Source: Octopus vulgaris
Taxonomy: Eukaryota
NCBI GenBank assembly: GCA_951406725.2
Contig: OX597827.1
Location: forward strand, 38,812,001 to 38,876,000
Reading direction: 5' to 3'
Length of the DNA stretch: 64,000 bases
The position numbers and the translations under genes are program-made. Shown here in pieces: positions 13,005-25,000 of this stretch (position 1 is its first letter; every line of letters starts with the position of its first letter). A model generated the notes under the pieces. The model was not told the origin of the DNA. It saw nothing but the letters and a program-made list of their open reading frames with translations, and did no database searches.

Positions 13005-13739
13005 AGACATGGTTGAGGAGAGAGAAACTGTGTGAGAAAAAGAGAGAGAGAGTAGATGACAACAAAATTGGAATATAAGTTTTAAAAAACAAACAAATAA
13101 AAATAAAAAAAACAAAAACAAAAAAAAACTAAGGCAGGGGAGATTGTGGTGGTAGGGATTACTTTAAGGATAGAGTGAGCCATACATGCACCCACTAGGG
13201 TGTGAGGGGGGGGATGAAGATGAATGAAGTAAAAATTGATAAACTTTATATAATAAATAGACGCTATATTATATATTTGTGCATGTGTGAATTTACATAT
13301 ATAGATATGTATATAGATATATACATTATGTAAGATATATGCAGACGTACACACACATATATATAAAAGCGGCTATAATTACTATTATAATTTATAAGAG
13401 CCGAACTATCAAACGGGCTTTTGTTTAAAAATCTTTCTCTCTCCATCACCCGTCCCTTCTCTTCTCCCTCTTTCTCTTTTCCATCTCATTCTGTCATTGT
13501 TGTTGTTGATGTTATTATTATTGTTGTTTGCTGTTGTCATTATTATTGCAGTTGTTTTTCTTTTTGTATTTATGTTTCTAATTTTTTTTTTTTAAATACT
13601 TATTTTTCTCTTTGGAAATTATTACTGCAAGAATTATCTTTATATCGAATTTCATTTTTTTTTTTCCTTTTCTTTTTCTTTCTCTTCAAATCAACAGAAA
13701 AAGAGAGAGAGACTGTAGTGGCAGCTTTTATACAAAGTG

Positions 13740-14325
13740 ACCAATAGGAAAAATAGTAATAATAATAGTAGTAGTAGTAGTAGTAGCAGTGATGGTCGTG
13801 TTGGTGATGATAAAATAGTGGTGGTAGTAGTAGTTAATAGTAATATAGTAGTAGTAGTGGTAGTAAACATATTTGCCGACACTGAGGCACCAACACTCAC
13901 ATTTGTCCAGGAAAATATAATGTTGCCAATGACAATATGGAATTGTGTGTGTGTGTGTGTGGGCGTGTTTATGTATTTTTGTGTACATGTATGTGTGTAT
14001 GTATGTATATACATATATATATATATATTATATATATATGTACGTGTGTGTGTGTGTGAATGACGACGACGATGATGATGATGTCGGAGGAGGAGGAGGA
14101 GGATGAGAAGTAGGAAGAGGAGGAGGAGCAAGCAGCCAAACCATCTGACACTCATTGTCACATACGCTGCACATCAGTTTTTGTATTGTATTATGTATAT
14201 ATATATTATATATATATATATATATATTATAATGTTCATGTCTCTGTGTGTGTATGTATACGTCCAAGTGTATGTGTATGTCTATTATCTCGTTTGTCTG
14301 TATGTGTGTGTGTGTCTGTCTGTCT
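13740..14325. repeat. Microsatellite-rich proximal 3' UTR of LDB: (TAG)n, (GT)n, (TA)n, (GAT)n, (GGA)n
   Basis: Simple repeats visible directly downstream of the LDB stop codon. Confidence 0.75.
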
Positions 14326-14329
14326 GATG

Positions 14330-14557
14330 TTAGTCAGTCTTCTCCTCTGTTTGATTGGCAGGGTTTGGAGGAGGCTTTTTATCCTGAGCCCATGGGCTCT
14401 GCTGCAATGGCGCTGGAGAAGTCTGAAATTTGGACTCTTGCTCTTCCTCTGTACCATTTGGTTCATATTGAGTGTTCTCTAAACGAGTGATGAGACGTTC
14501 ATCTTCATCCCCAAACTCCCCACCCATCAGGGTTGGTTCACCGACAACCATAACATC
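14330..14557 (-). CDS. LDB2: LDB terminal coding exon, LIM-interaction domain (DVMVVGEPTLMGGEFGDEDERLITRLENTQY...EEKTD*)
   Basis: Acceptor gttctcttttcag|GAT; near-invariant LID motif; TAA stop at 14330-14332. Confidence 0.97.
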   Translation of the reverse strand, partial: DVMVVGEPTLMGGEFGDEDERLITRLENTQYEPNGTEEEQESKFQTSPAPLQQSPWAQDKKPPPNPANQTEEKTD

Positions 14558-17500
14558 CTGAAAAGAGAACAAGACAGAGCATTAGACAAACGGAAATGGT
14601 GTAGCTGGGGGAAAGGTAGAGTGGGTGACCACAGCTCTGTCTGAGCATTGCTGCCTTCGGCTAGCAAGTGTCGGCAACTTGCAACAGCGACACCTAGCAA
14701 CAGCTTTTGAATGCGTATATATGAATGTGTGTGTGTGCGTGTGTGTATATATATAGATATATTTATGTATACATACACACACATATGTTGAGAGAGAGGG
14801 AGGGAGAGTTGGGGGTGAGGAAGAGACATTCATACATGGTGCGCATATATAAACATAGAGGCGCGCACACACACACACAAGGGGGTTCGTTGAATTGAAA
14901 GGGGGTGATTTGATTTTAACTATAAGCTTGCTTAAACAATCCCCTCTAATGCTCTCTCCAAAGAAAAAGAAAATAAAAAATAATAATAATAATAATAAAA
15001 ATAAAAAAAGGACAGATAGATGGATGGAGTGATAGCGAGACAGATAGATAGACACAAGAGCCAATGTAAATAGCTCAAGCCAGGAATCAGTTTGAAAGTT
15101 GAAAAATATTCAACCCATTGAGAAGAATTGGAAGTTGGGTGGGGGTTTGCGAAGGTTGCGTGAGTAGGGAAAAAAAAAAAGAAAAAAAAAAAGATTTTAG
15201 ACATGAGGGATGTCTTTGATATATCTTTTGTACAGCAGAAATCTTTTCTATTTAGTATTTTTAAACGAAACTTTCGATAAGGAAAGAGAATTTTCCCCTA
15301 CTTTTCTGTGTCGAAGAATATGAATTTAGGCAAAAAAAAAAAAAAAAAAAAAAAAGTCAGCAGAAATTAGTCTAGATGAACCATTTATAAAAGTCTCCTT
15401 TCTGCCAAATAAAAATACGTTGTTTCTGCAACAGGATTTATAAAAATAATGGTAAAGTGAAAAATAAAAGACAATATTAATCGAGGTTTGTTTTCCAATT
15501 TTTTTTTTTTTGCTCTATGAAATACTAAAATGAAAATAAAAAAGAGACAAAAATTAAATAAAACTATACATAAAATTTCATGATGATGATGATGATAATG
15601 ATGATGATGATAATGAGAATGATGATAGCAGCAGTTGAATGAAAAATATTGGTGTTTTCTTTTCTTGTTTTTCTTTGTTTTCTTTTAAGAATCTATATTT
15701 AAATTCTTCCTTATACTATAAACAGAATAGTTTGCATCAGGTAGTAGTAATATTAACCATTATTATAATATATATTTTTTTTTTTACAAGCAATGGACAG
15801 ATGATGTGTAGAAGAAGCTTTCTTAACTTTAGTGAATGGTTGTTTTTTTCTTTCTTTAAATTTAGCTTTTTTTTGTCATATATAGTCAGTAAATGTTTTT
15901 GGTGTTGTAGTTGAAGCCAAGCAACTGAGAGCTGGGCATGTTTTTTTCTTAATGGTGTGAGTGTTTCAACCGAATTTCTGAGTACCTACCCCCGGTGCTG
16001 TTGATGCAATGTTAAATCCTTGCGGACCCGGTGATCTCTTCTGTTTTCCTGATGGTGGCACTGCATCCCGGGAGTTTACGTTTCCCGACGTCGAATTATT
16101 TCCAGCCGAGGACTTCCGTTTTCGTCTTTTACTCGGAGGTCTTGCCGTATCTGTAACTGAAGAAATTGAAACAACAAAATCTTCTCACGATTTCAGGGGG
16201 AGGGGGCATTAACACGGGGATGAAGGTGGTGCTATGAGAATCAATATATTTTAGTTTAAGCCAACAAGCAACCCTCTATGCAGTTGTTTAACCAACTAGA
16301 AATAGCAGCTAAAACCCTTCCCAAAACCATACCCCACAGTGTTAAAGATGAGCACTTAGATAATTTAATCTGAGATACCCCTGATATACCTCTGTTTCCA
16401 AGTTTTAATTAAGTAGGGTTGATCTGGGACTTAAAAACAATGTGTCCTAGATATATAAAGAACTACATCTTAAACTCTACAACATACTACATCTTAAACT
16501 CTACAACAGCTAATGTTGGCAGCTATAGGGGATGAGATGCCCACCAAGGACACAAAACAGAGGCTATCGAGAATATAATTAATTCCATTTAACTCATACA
16601 ATATATGGGTAGTGGTAATACAGTTAACACAAGCAAATGCAAGGAAGGAGGGAAGGGGGGACTGTCCTATACTCTAACTAAATGAATAAAGAACAATTAC
16701 ACAGAATAGCAACACACTGCATGTGGGTGTGTGAAAATATGCTACTTATTTAAAAATGCATATGACTATCAGAAAAATGATTTTTTTTTGATAGAGGGGA
16801 GGAGGAGGGAATGGGCTTTGTGAAAAGTTCACTGATACGAGGGTATATTTAAATATTCTCATTTTAAAGAAAGTTAACAAATCTAGAATGCATGTGATTT
16901 CAATGATGAACCTTAAAGAGCAGTAGCAAAACTATAATGGAATTTATAATTATCAAAGAGAGGAGAAGAAAAAAATTTTCAAAACAAGAAAAATTCTAGC
17001 CATATTCTTTTATGAAGAAAGCAATGAAGACAGTAATAGCAGTCAATTACATTAATGTGGTAGGTTACTAGATAAAGTCTGCACAGTTGTCTGTGTGTGT
17101 ATGTGTGTGTGAGAAAGACAGTCAACCGGATAATTTTATAAAGAAATAACTTAAAATAAGAAGGAAGGGAAATAATTTAGAAAACCTTGTTTAAAAAAGC
17201 AGCGAAAAAAGAACAAACAAAAACCAATGAAAAAAGTTCAGTTAAGAATGACACCAGACCATGAGATATCATGTAAAATGTCTTTATAAACAAGGATCAA
17301 ACTAGGATAGAGAAATAAGTTAGCTTGAAGTGTTTTGTGACCATATTTGTATTGAAATAAACTGTCTGTGTGTTTCAGATTCCTTAAATATAACAAAAAA
17401 TTTGGACATATTTAATAAAATGAAAGAGTGTTGTCCAAATATGGGAAAAACATCAAAGAAGAAGAGTCAATGTGGATCAGAAGAACTTGAAATGACTTTC

Positions 17501-19030
17501 TTGATAAACATTGATGATTTTAATTCAACTGAGACTATTCCCAAAATTGAGGAGAAGCGTATGAACATAGCTAATTCTAAGAAAGAAAAGGAAAACAAAC
17601 ATTATAGATGCCAGCAGCTGATGAAGGACAATGCATATTCAACTCCAGTTGAATACTGGTTATCTCAAGATTTTACACAAATTGTGTGTGTGTGTGTGTG
17701 TGTAGCATGTAAATCAAAGGGACTGTTCATATGATGGTTTGACTAGGTAAAAACAGAAACTAGTTTTCTGTCTATATTGTGTCACCTACTATATTCTCTC
17801 AAAAACAAAGGTAAGCTTCATTGGACAATGTATAACCCTAGATGCATTATGGCCTGGAAAAAAAAAAAAAGACAATGGTTATAGCTGGAATGCCTTTGAT
17901 CATAAGCCTGGATCAGGAGTGACCTGGGGCTAAACTACAACTTAAAGAGAAAGTGACACAGGTTATTAAATATATGAACGGCAGAGGACAGCAAATAATT
18001 ACATACACACACTATATCCATAAAATTTGTTTTAAAACCAAATGTTAATGTTTGATTTTTTTCTGTACTTTGCAGAAGTCCTTTTACAGAGGGAACATTA
18101 AAAGGGACATTTTATGAATGACATTGTGGCTATGAAAGACAGCATCCTCAAATAATAATTATACCAGTCCAAGAAGAAGCAAATTAAAGAGAATGAAACA
18201 AACAAACAAACCAATCCATAATCTGAGTCTGTTGATTCAGTGTTTTAAGTTATTGGTGAAAAGTGAAGAACAAAAGAAACAAAAGCAGAAATAATTGAGC
18301 AATCAACCAAAAAACTCAAGGGAGAAATCAGAACACACACACACAGACACTCACAAAATCCCCAAAACTAATAAGAATTCATTATCCAGTACATGTTCTA
18401 CATTAACGGTTTTCCTTTATTTTCTTTTGTTCTAAAGTTTTATTTTCGTCTTTACAAAGATAAAGGTATGATTTTAGAGGTATATCCTGTAGTTAAATCT
18501 AAACTATGTGAAATTAACATATTTTTTTTGTTTATACAATTGGCCCATAAATCAAAACAGTAGCTGCTTTAACAATTACAGAACTTACAGAATCACAACC
18601 AGTAAACTTCAACTGATAATGAAAGGTAGGTGAGTAGATGGTACACAAATAATAATAAAAAAATTTCTTTTAAAAATCATTTCCAGACATTTCAGATTTT
18701 TTTAATGCCTCATCTTGTCTTAATAAACAGAATGAAAACTGTAGGAAAAGTAGGAGCAGCAGCAGCAGCAGAAGTTATAATAATAATATTAATAATAATC
18801 ATAATAATAATAGTAATAACAACAATAATAGCAAACATGCAGCAACAACCTCAATCAATGGATAAATGAGCTCATTCACAACGAAACCACTCAAGTGGAA
18901 CACCAAAACTTCTCGCAAAACTAACTAGAATTTTTCTGCATATTGGACTAAAAAAAAAAACAAAACCTTAGCAGACTGAGGAGAAAAAAAACAAAAAATA
19001 ATAAACAAACACAAGTCTTTCACTAAGATA

Positions 19031-19062
<32 letters not shown>

Positions 19063-22000
19063 TAGATAGATATGAAAAAGTTGAAAAATAAAAAAATCAA
19101 TTAACCTTTTCTTTTCGAAGGTGAGGTATCAAGTCTTGGTGAATTTCCAAAGGGTGAAATACGTTCCAGTAAATTATCTAAAGATGTAAAGAAATAAAGC
19201 AGCAGTTCTTAAAGTGTATATGTGGAGTAAAGAGCAAGTTTATTTCCAATTAACAGAGACTATAGAGATAGAAGCACGAGGTCAAAGGTCAAACACTGAC
19301 TTACTTACAAAAAGGAAAAAAGATCGAATACCAAGTTCTCTTACAGAACAATATTAGTAATAATAATAATAATGAAATTAAATAGATTTACAAAAAGCAT
19401 GCTGTCTGTGTTTGTAGTCTGTGGCTTTATTTACTAGTGTGTTTATATGTATGTGTGCATATGTGTATGTATATTATATATGCATAGATATATAATACAT
19501 ATACATCATATATATATATAAATATATATACATATAACTAAGCATATATATAAATATATATATATGTAACAGACACATAAAAGGTAAACAATAAAATACT
19601 GAGGAAATCATTTAGTTGAAATCTAATCACAAATAATGTCGATGTTCAATGAAGTGGTGGTAGAGGGGAAAGAGCAGGGATTTGTGGTGATCAGGATTAT
19701 CCATGGAGGCAGCAGAAAAGTAAGTTAATCTGTTGTCAACATGTTTCACAAAGGTTTCAATGGAGTGTGGAGTTAGTGATGGTAGCAGCAGTGACAATAG
19801 CAGCAATATGTTAAATGGTCCAATGTTAAGGATATGACAATGTTAGGACATGTGGAAACACTGTAATAAGGTGGAAGTTTTGGTTGATTAAAAGAAATAC
19901 AGTCTGTAAGAAACTTGGTTACTGCATCAAGTTCAATAGTTGACCAGCATGGTGTTGTGCCTAGTTTCCTGGCTAACCAATAATTTAACCAGCTACTTAA
20001 CTGACCAACAAGTTGTATAGTAATCTAGTATTGATTTAAAAAAAAATATTTATGCAGATAGCATCTCTGAGTAATTAATTCAATGACGTTCTTTACAAGT
20101 TTTGTAAAAACACTAGTTGTTCATGATGTATCATTCAGGAGCTGATGAGAAATTCAGAAACCACCAAACCACAATAGTAATCCTAATGTAATTGTCTCCC
20201 TTGGACAATATGGCCCATTTTGAAAACTACCTTTGAACCTTGACCATTGCTGTTTGTAGATCTTAATGACTAACATCTTAGAAACTTGAGCACGTACCAA
20301 ACTGTAGTGGTTCTCAAATTGTATGCCATAGCACACAGCAAAGAATATCTAAGTGCACCATGGAATTTTTAAAAAAACCCCACAAATTTAAGGCTCTAAA
20401 AAATCTTCAAGTGTCCTGAAGAACATATTCATAACTTTGTAGTATACAAATATAATTAAATAAAATGTAAGCAATAGTTTTCTTTACTTCTTTACATATA
20501 TTTTAAAACTTTAGAACGTTCTATTTTTTTCTTTTAACTTTCCTTACAAAGTGTACCAATAATTTTTTTTTTATTTGCTCTCTAGTATGCCATGAAGTCA
20601 AAAAATTGAGAACCACTGTTCAAAACTGATGACAGTAGAAATATCTTCGTCAGGAGACTTATCTCCAACCACATCTAAAATAGAACCCATTCTTTGCCAT
20701 TTAATATTTTACCATATTCAAATGTTTTAATGATTTTCCTTACATAGCCCTGATATTTCCAACCTCAACCTTCCTTTCAAATGAATACCGGCTTATTCAG
20801 TAGGTCATACTGACCACTGGTCAATGAATATTTTCTTGGGTTCCTTCAAGGCACACTAACATGATATCGAATTTATACAATTAAAGTTGATATAATAGAA
20901 AGAGACAAGATAGACAGACAGATGGAAAGCAACTGCAAAATTGTTTTACTACACATATACAGACCAACTGAGAACGACAAACAACTTAATAAGGCTCGAA
21001 CCTATAGTAGATTACAGAAATACAGAAACTTGTTCAAAAACATCACAAACAATCCACATGATTACACTGAAGAAGCTGGAAGTGACAGGGGAGAAGGGAG
21101 AAGTTCATTGTAATTTAATTGTGATAATTAAGACAACAGTTACAAAATCTGCAATATGGGTTATATTTAGCACCAAACGAATGGAAACGAGGAGAAACAG
21201 AAAATATTAAGGCGGGAAAACAAAGATAAGAGAAAGAAATTAACCATAATTTTGGTTTGTTTTAAATAAAACAATAGGTACAGACATGGTTGTGAGGCTA
21301 AGAAGGATTAGGGGTACAAGCACATCAGGTAGAACCATGTGCAATTGCCTTCTGCTACAGCCTCAAGTTGACCAATACTTTGCAAGTGGACTTTGATGGA
21401 CAGAAATTGTGAAGAAGCCTGTGTGTGTTTGTGCTTGCGTGTGTGTGTGTGTGTGTATGTACATGTGCTTATGCTTAACCAATTGAAAAACTGGTGTTGT
21501 TCATGCTGTGTCTCTTTATGTCCAGTAATGAAGCAACTGCGCAAATAGAGATCAATAAAACCAGTACCAGATTAAAAGGTTGAAACAACTGACAGAAACC
21601 CTGAAGATATTGCCCCAGCGTCACCGTAGTCCAGTGACTGAAACCACAAATACTGAATAGCTGAGAAATATGAAAGCTTCCCAAACAAAAATTCTTAAGA
21701 TTAGCCAATACAACATCGACATTCTCGTGTTGAACAAGGACACTGGACTTCCATCAACTGAAACAGATATACCACCTCTAGCAACTAATTTAGTCTGTGC
21801 CACTTATCGTTCAGTAACTAACATCACTCTGCAAAATATAAAAGAAAATTCAAAAAGCATTACCAATTGTGGAAATGTCTGCTTACGCTCAACTTTGAGA
21901 GGAGGCCAGTGAAAGAGCTGTGCAACTTTAATCAAGTGCAGGAAGTGAGAGAAAATATGTTTGCCCTATTATGTTTGAGAACCTTCTCCCAAAACAGAAC

Positions 22001-25000
22001 AAATAAAATACGAAATGACTAAGTTTTCATTAATAAGATTAATTATTCTGCTCTCCCATACCAACACATACACTGTTAGTTCTTACCTAGTCTAACTTTA
22101 TCAAAAAGCTACAAGTTGCTTCATGTTTTAACTTAATTAAATCATTCTGCTACTTTATTCCTAATTTCTGTCTTATCTAAATCTCCTGTTACTTACAGAA
22201 TTACAAATTTTCATAGGTATGTCAAGAGAGTGTGACCAAACCGGAGGACTGCTGCCAAAGGTTTTTGTTGAATTAATTGATTCAAGTATTTATTTTACCA
22301 AACCCCAAAATACTGAAATGCAAGGCTTTGAACTCAGCGTGAAAAGATACTAAAATTTTGTCTGCAGATCTACTAATTTTTCTTATCAATCACCAAACTA
22401 ATATTATTTTACAATATTTCAAGCACAGTGTGCAATCACAGGAACCAGTTTTTATAACACCAAAACTCCCAGCATTAATGAAACAGAAAATAAATGGGAG
22501 GAGGCTATTAGTGTGCCACAAAGAGGAAACAAAATCTAATGACACAGATATCTTTACATAGATAACATCCAAGATGGCAAGAACACTTTATGATATAGTC
22601 TACAGATAAATTCATACAAGTGATAATAATAATAAAACTAGTTAACTCTGTAATTCTGCAATTGTGATAATACATACAGTATCAAGTAGTGCAAGAGAAG
22701 ACAAAATCAAAGGTGTTATACATATTTATGAGTGTTGGAACTTAGCATAAGTTGTAGTAAGAGTTTGATCTATTCTCTACTCTTCCTAGTTGTTCAATGC
22801 TGATATAAATAAAATTTCAAAGAATTATTACCATCACTTTTTTCTGAAGTAATAAAATGGCCATAAGCTCAGTGTTCCCCAAACACCCTAACCAAACATT
22901 TTTAACAGCATGAATTACTGAGCTGATTGATTCTGTTATTCTAATATTCTGCGTAACTTCCAGCTTCACACAGCTATATACCAAGCACTTATATCCTTGA
23001 AGTATGAAGCTTAGAATAAAAGTCACTGGCAAACTTATGGTCCAGTGAAATCTAAAAACGAGGAGAGGAAGGGGAAAATCTTTTAAATTAAGGAGTCATT
23101 CAATGGGAAACTGTTGGGCTAAACATTAAAAATTGCTGGCACCTGTAATTTGACACGTCCTGCTACTAATTGCAAACAATATTTCTATTTACCTACCAAT
23201 TTATCTCATTCCCTATATATATATATAGGAAGAGATATTGGACAAGTTTTGGATATTAGCTTAGAAACATGTATTTGTATCAGTGAGAATAAGCCAGGGA
23301 CAAGAATGGTATAAAAAAACAAAAACCCAACTTGCAAAAATATTTCAGTTTTTTCCTACATTATTGTCGGCAGTTTTCCCACCTTCCATATTAATGTAGG
23401 ACAATTTCCCCTCCTTTCCACTGTTGTCCCAAATTTGTGCACTTGTGGGCATGGTTTAACAAGATTTGAACCTGTCATTTGCCAGGTAAACCAGGAATAA
23501 AATATAATAGTTGTCATAAGGTTAGAACTTATAATCAAGGAGCCTCAATAAAAGTACATTAGTACTTTACCTACCTTCACAACATTGTTTTTACTCCATA
23601 AAAGAACATTAGCTGTGAGGATAAGGCAGTATGAAGTAGAAATAATAAAAAATAATGAAAAATCCTAAATAGTTTATCCAGCTAAAATTTTTATATTCAG
23701 ATAGAGGGCATTCTTTTTTTTTTTTCCTTTCTTCATTACAAAAACATGAACATGGAACAAAAATAAATCAACAAAATAGCAGACAAAATATTGAGATAAA
23801 AATAGAAGATATGCAAAAACAAAAAAAGCAAACAAGATAGCAAGACATTTAATAAATATAAAATTAATGAGAAGCATGACAAGTTAAGTCAGAAATACTA
23901 CCTTGCAGACAGAGTAAGAAGAAAAACCATTCAGCCATGGGTTGCTATGATGTGGACAAACATAAGAGATTCAAGATTGATAGACGACATACATACATGC
24001 ATGTGTGAGAGTGCACACACAAACACACACTATAGTTTAGGCTGAGAGGAAATAGAAGCAAGATGAAGGACTCATGAAAAATTTGAATCAAAAGAAAATT
24101 TAGCAAGTCAATGAAGACAACAACTGGTGGTCTGCATCAGCTAGAATTGATATGTCAAAAGGTAAATGAAAGAGTTACATTAGTTTGCCACGTGGCAAAG
24201 TATGAACAATTAATGCCTAAAAATCAAGCTTTTCCCAATATTCTCTGATGAAGAATTCCATTTGAAACATTAGATAGTTATTCTCCACATGGAACTGATA
24301 AAACCTTTTTGATATACCTTTTGGTAGAAAAAAACAAAAAGCAGCCAAATATTACAATAATTAAACACCAGTCAAACTAATTAAGCGATAACCTACTTTA
24401 GTGATTTAATTTAAGAAATAATCAAAGGAATGGCCAAGCTAATTGTAATTATGTAGGAAGAGAATAAGCAGAAACAGTACAATCGATAGAATTATTATGG
24501 AATTTCAGTTAATCTGATAAGAATGAAAGATATACTGCTTGTACTTGTATGGTTGACTGCATGTTATAGCAAGGAACTACTTCCTAAACTGATAGCTAAA
24601 CCAAGGGTAGTTGTGGTATGCATGCTCTGTTTAATTAGTGTTATCAAATTGAGAGAATAAGGAGTATGGAAGAGACTGGGGAAAAAAAACAAAAAACACA
24701 CACACACACACAAAAAAAACCCCGTCTATCACAGCTGAACTTGATGCAAAAGCGATATCCCAGTGTTAATGTCACATTTGCTGAGTTGAAGCAAAATAAT
24801 GAAAATGTTTCGGTATCAATGTACAAAGGCCAATCCAACATATAAAAAAATGAGTGGAAGATTTGAGCTAGTGTGAAAAGCTAACAAGGGAACCAATGCA
24901 CAGTTGCTTGACCTACAAGTAACAAAAGCCAAATCTTCCTCAAATTACATTCTACTATATTAAAAAAAAACCCAAAAAGAAACAAAATATTTTGGATACT

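Noticed and set aside
13082-14490. Many overlapping ORFs on both strands with poly-T/H/S/V/Y-I runs
   Set aside because: They are translations of microsatellites in the LDB 3' UTR. Only 14330-14557 (-) is coding.
17330-17734. 134-aa plus-strand ORF inside an LDB intron
   Set aside because: GTG start, no recognisable domain, ends in a (GT)n repeat; consistent with chance in purine-skewed DNA.
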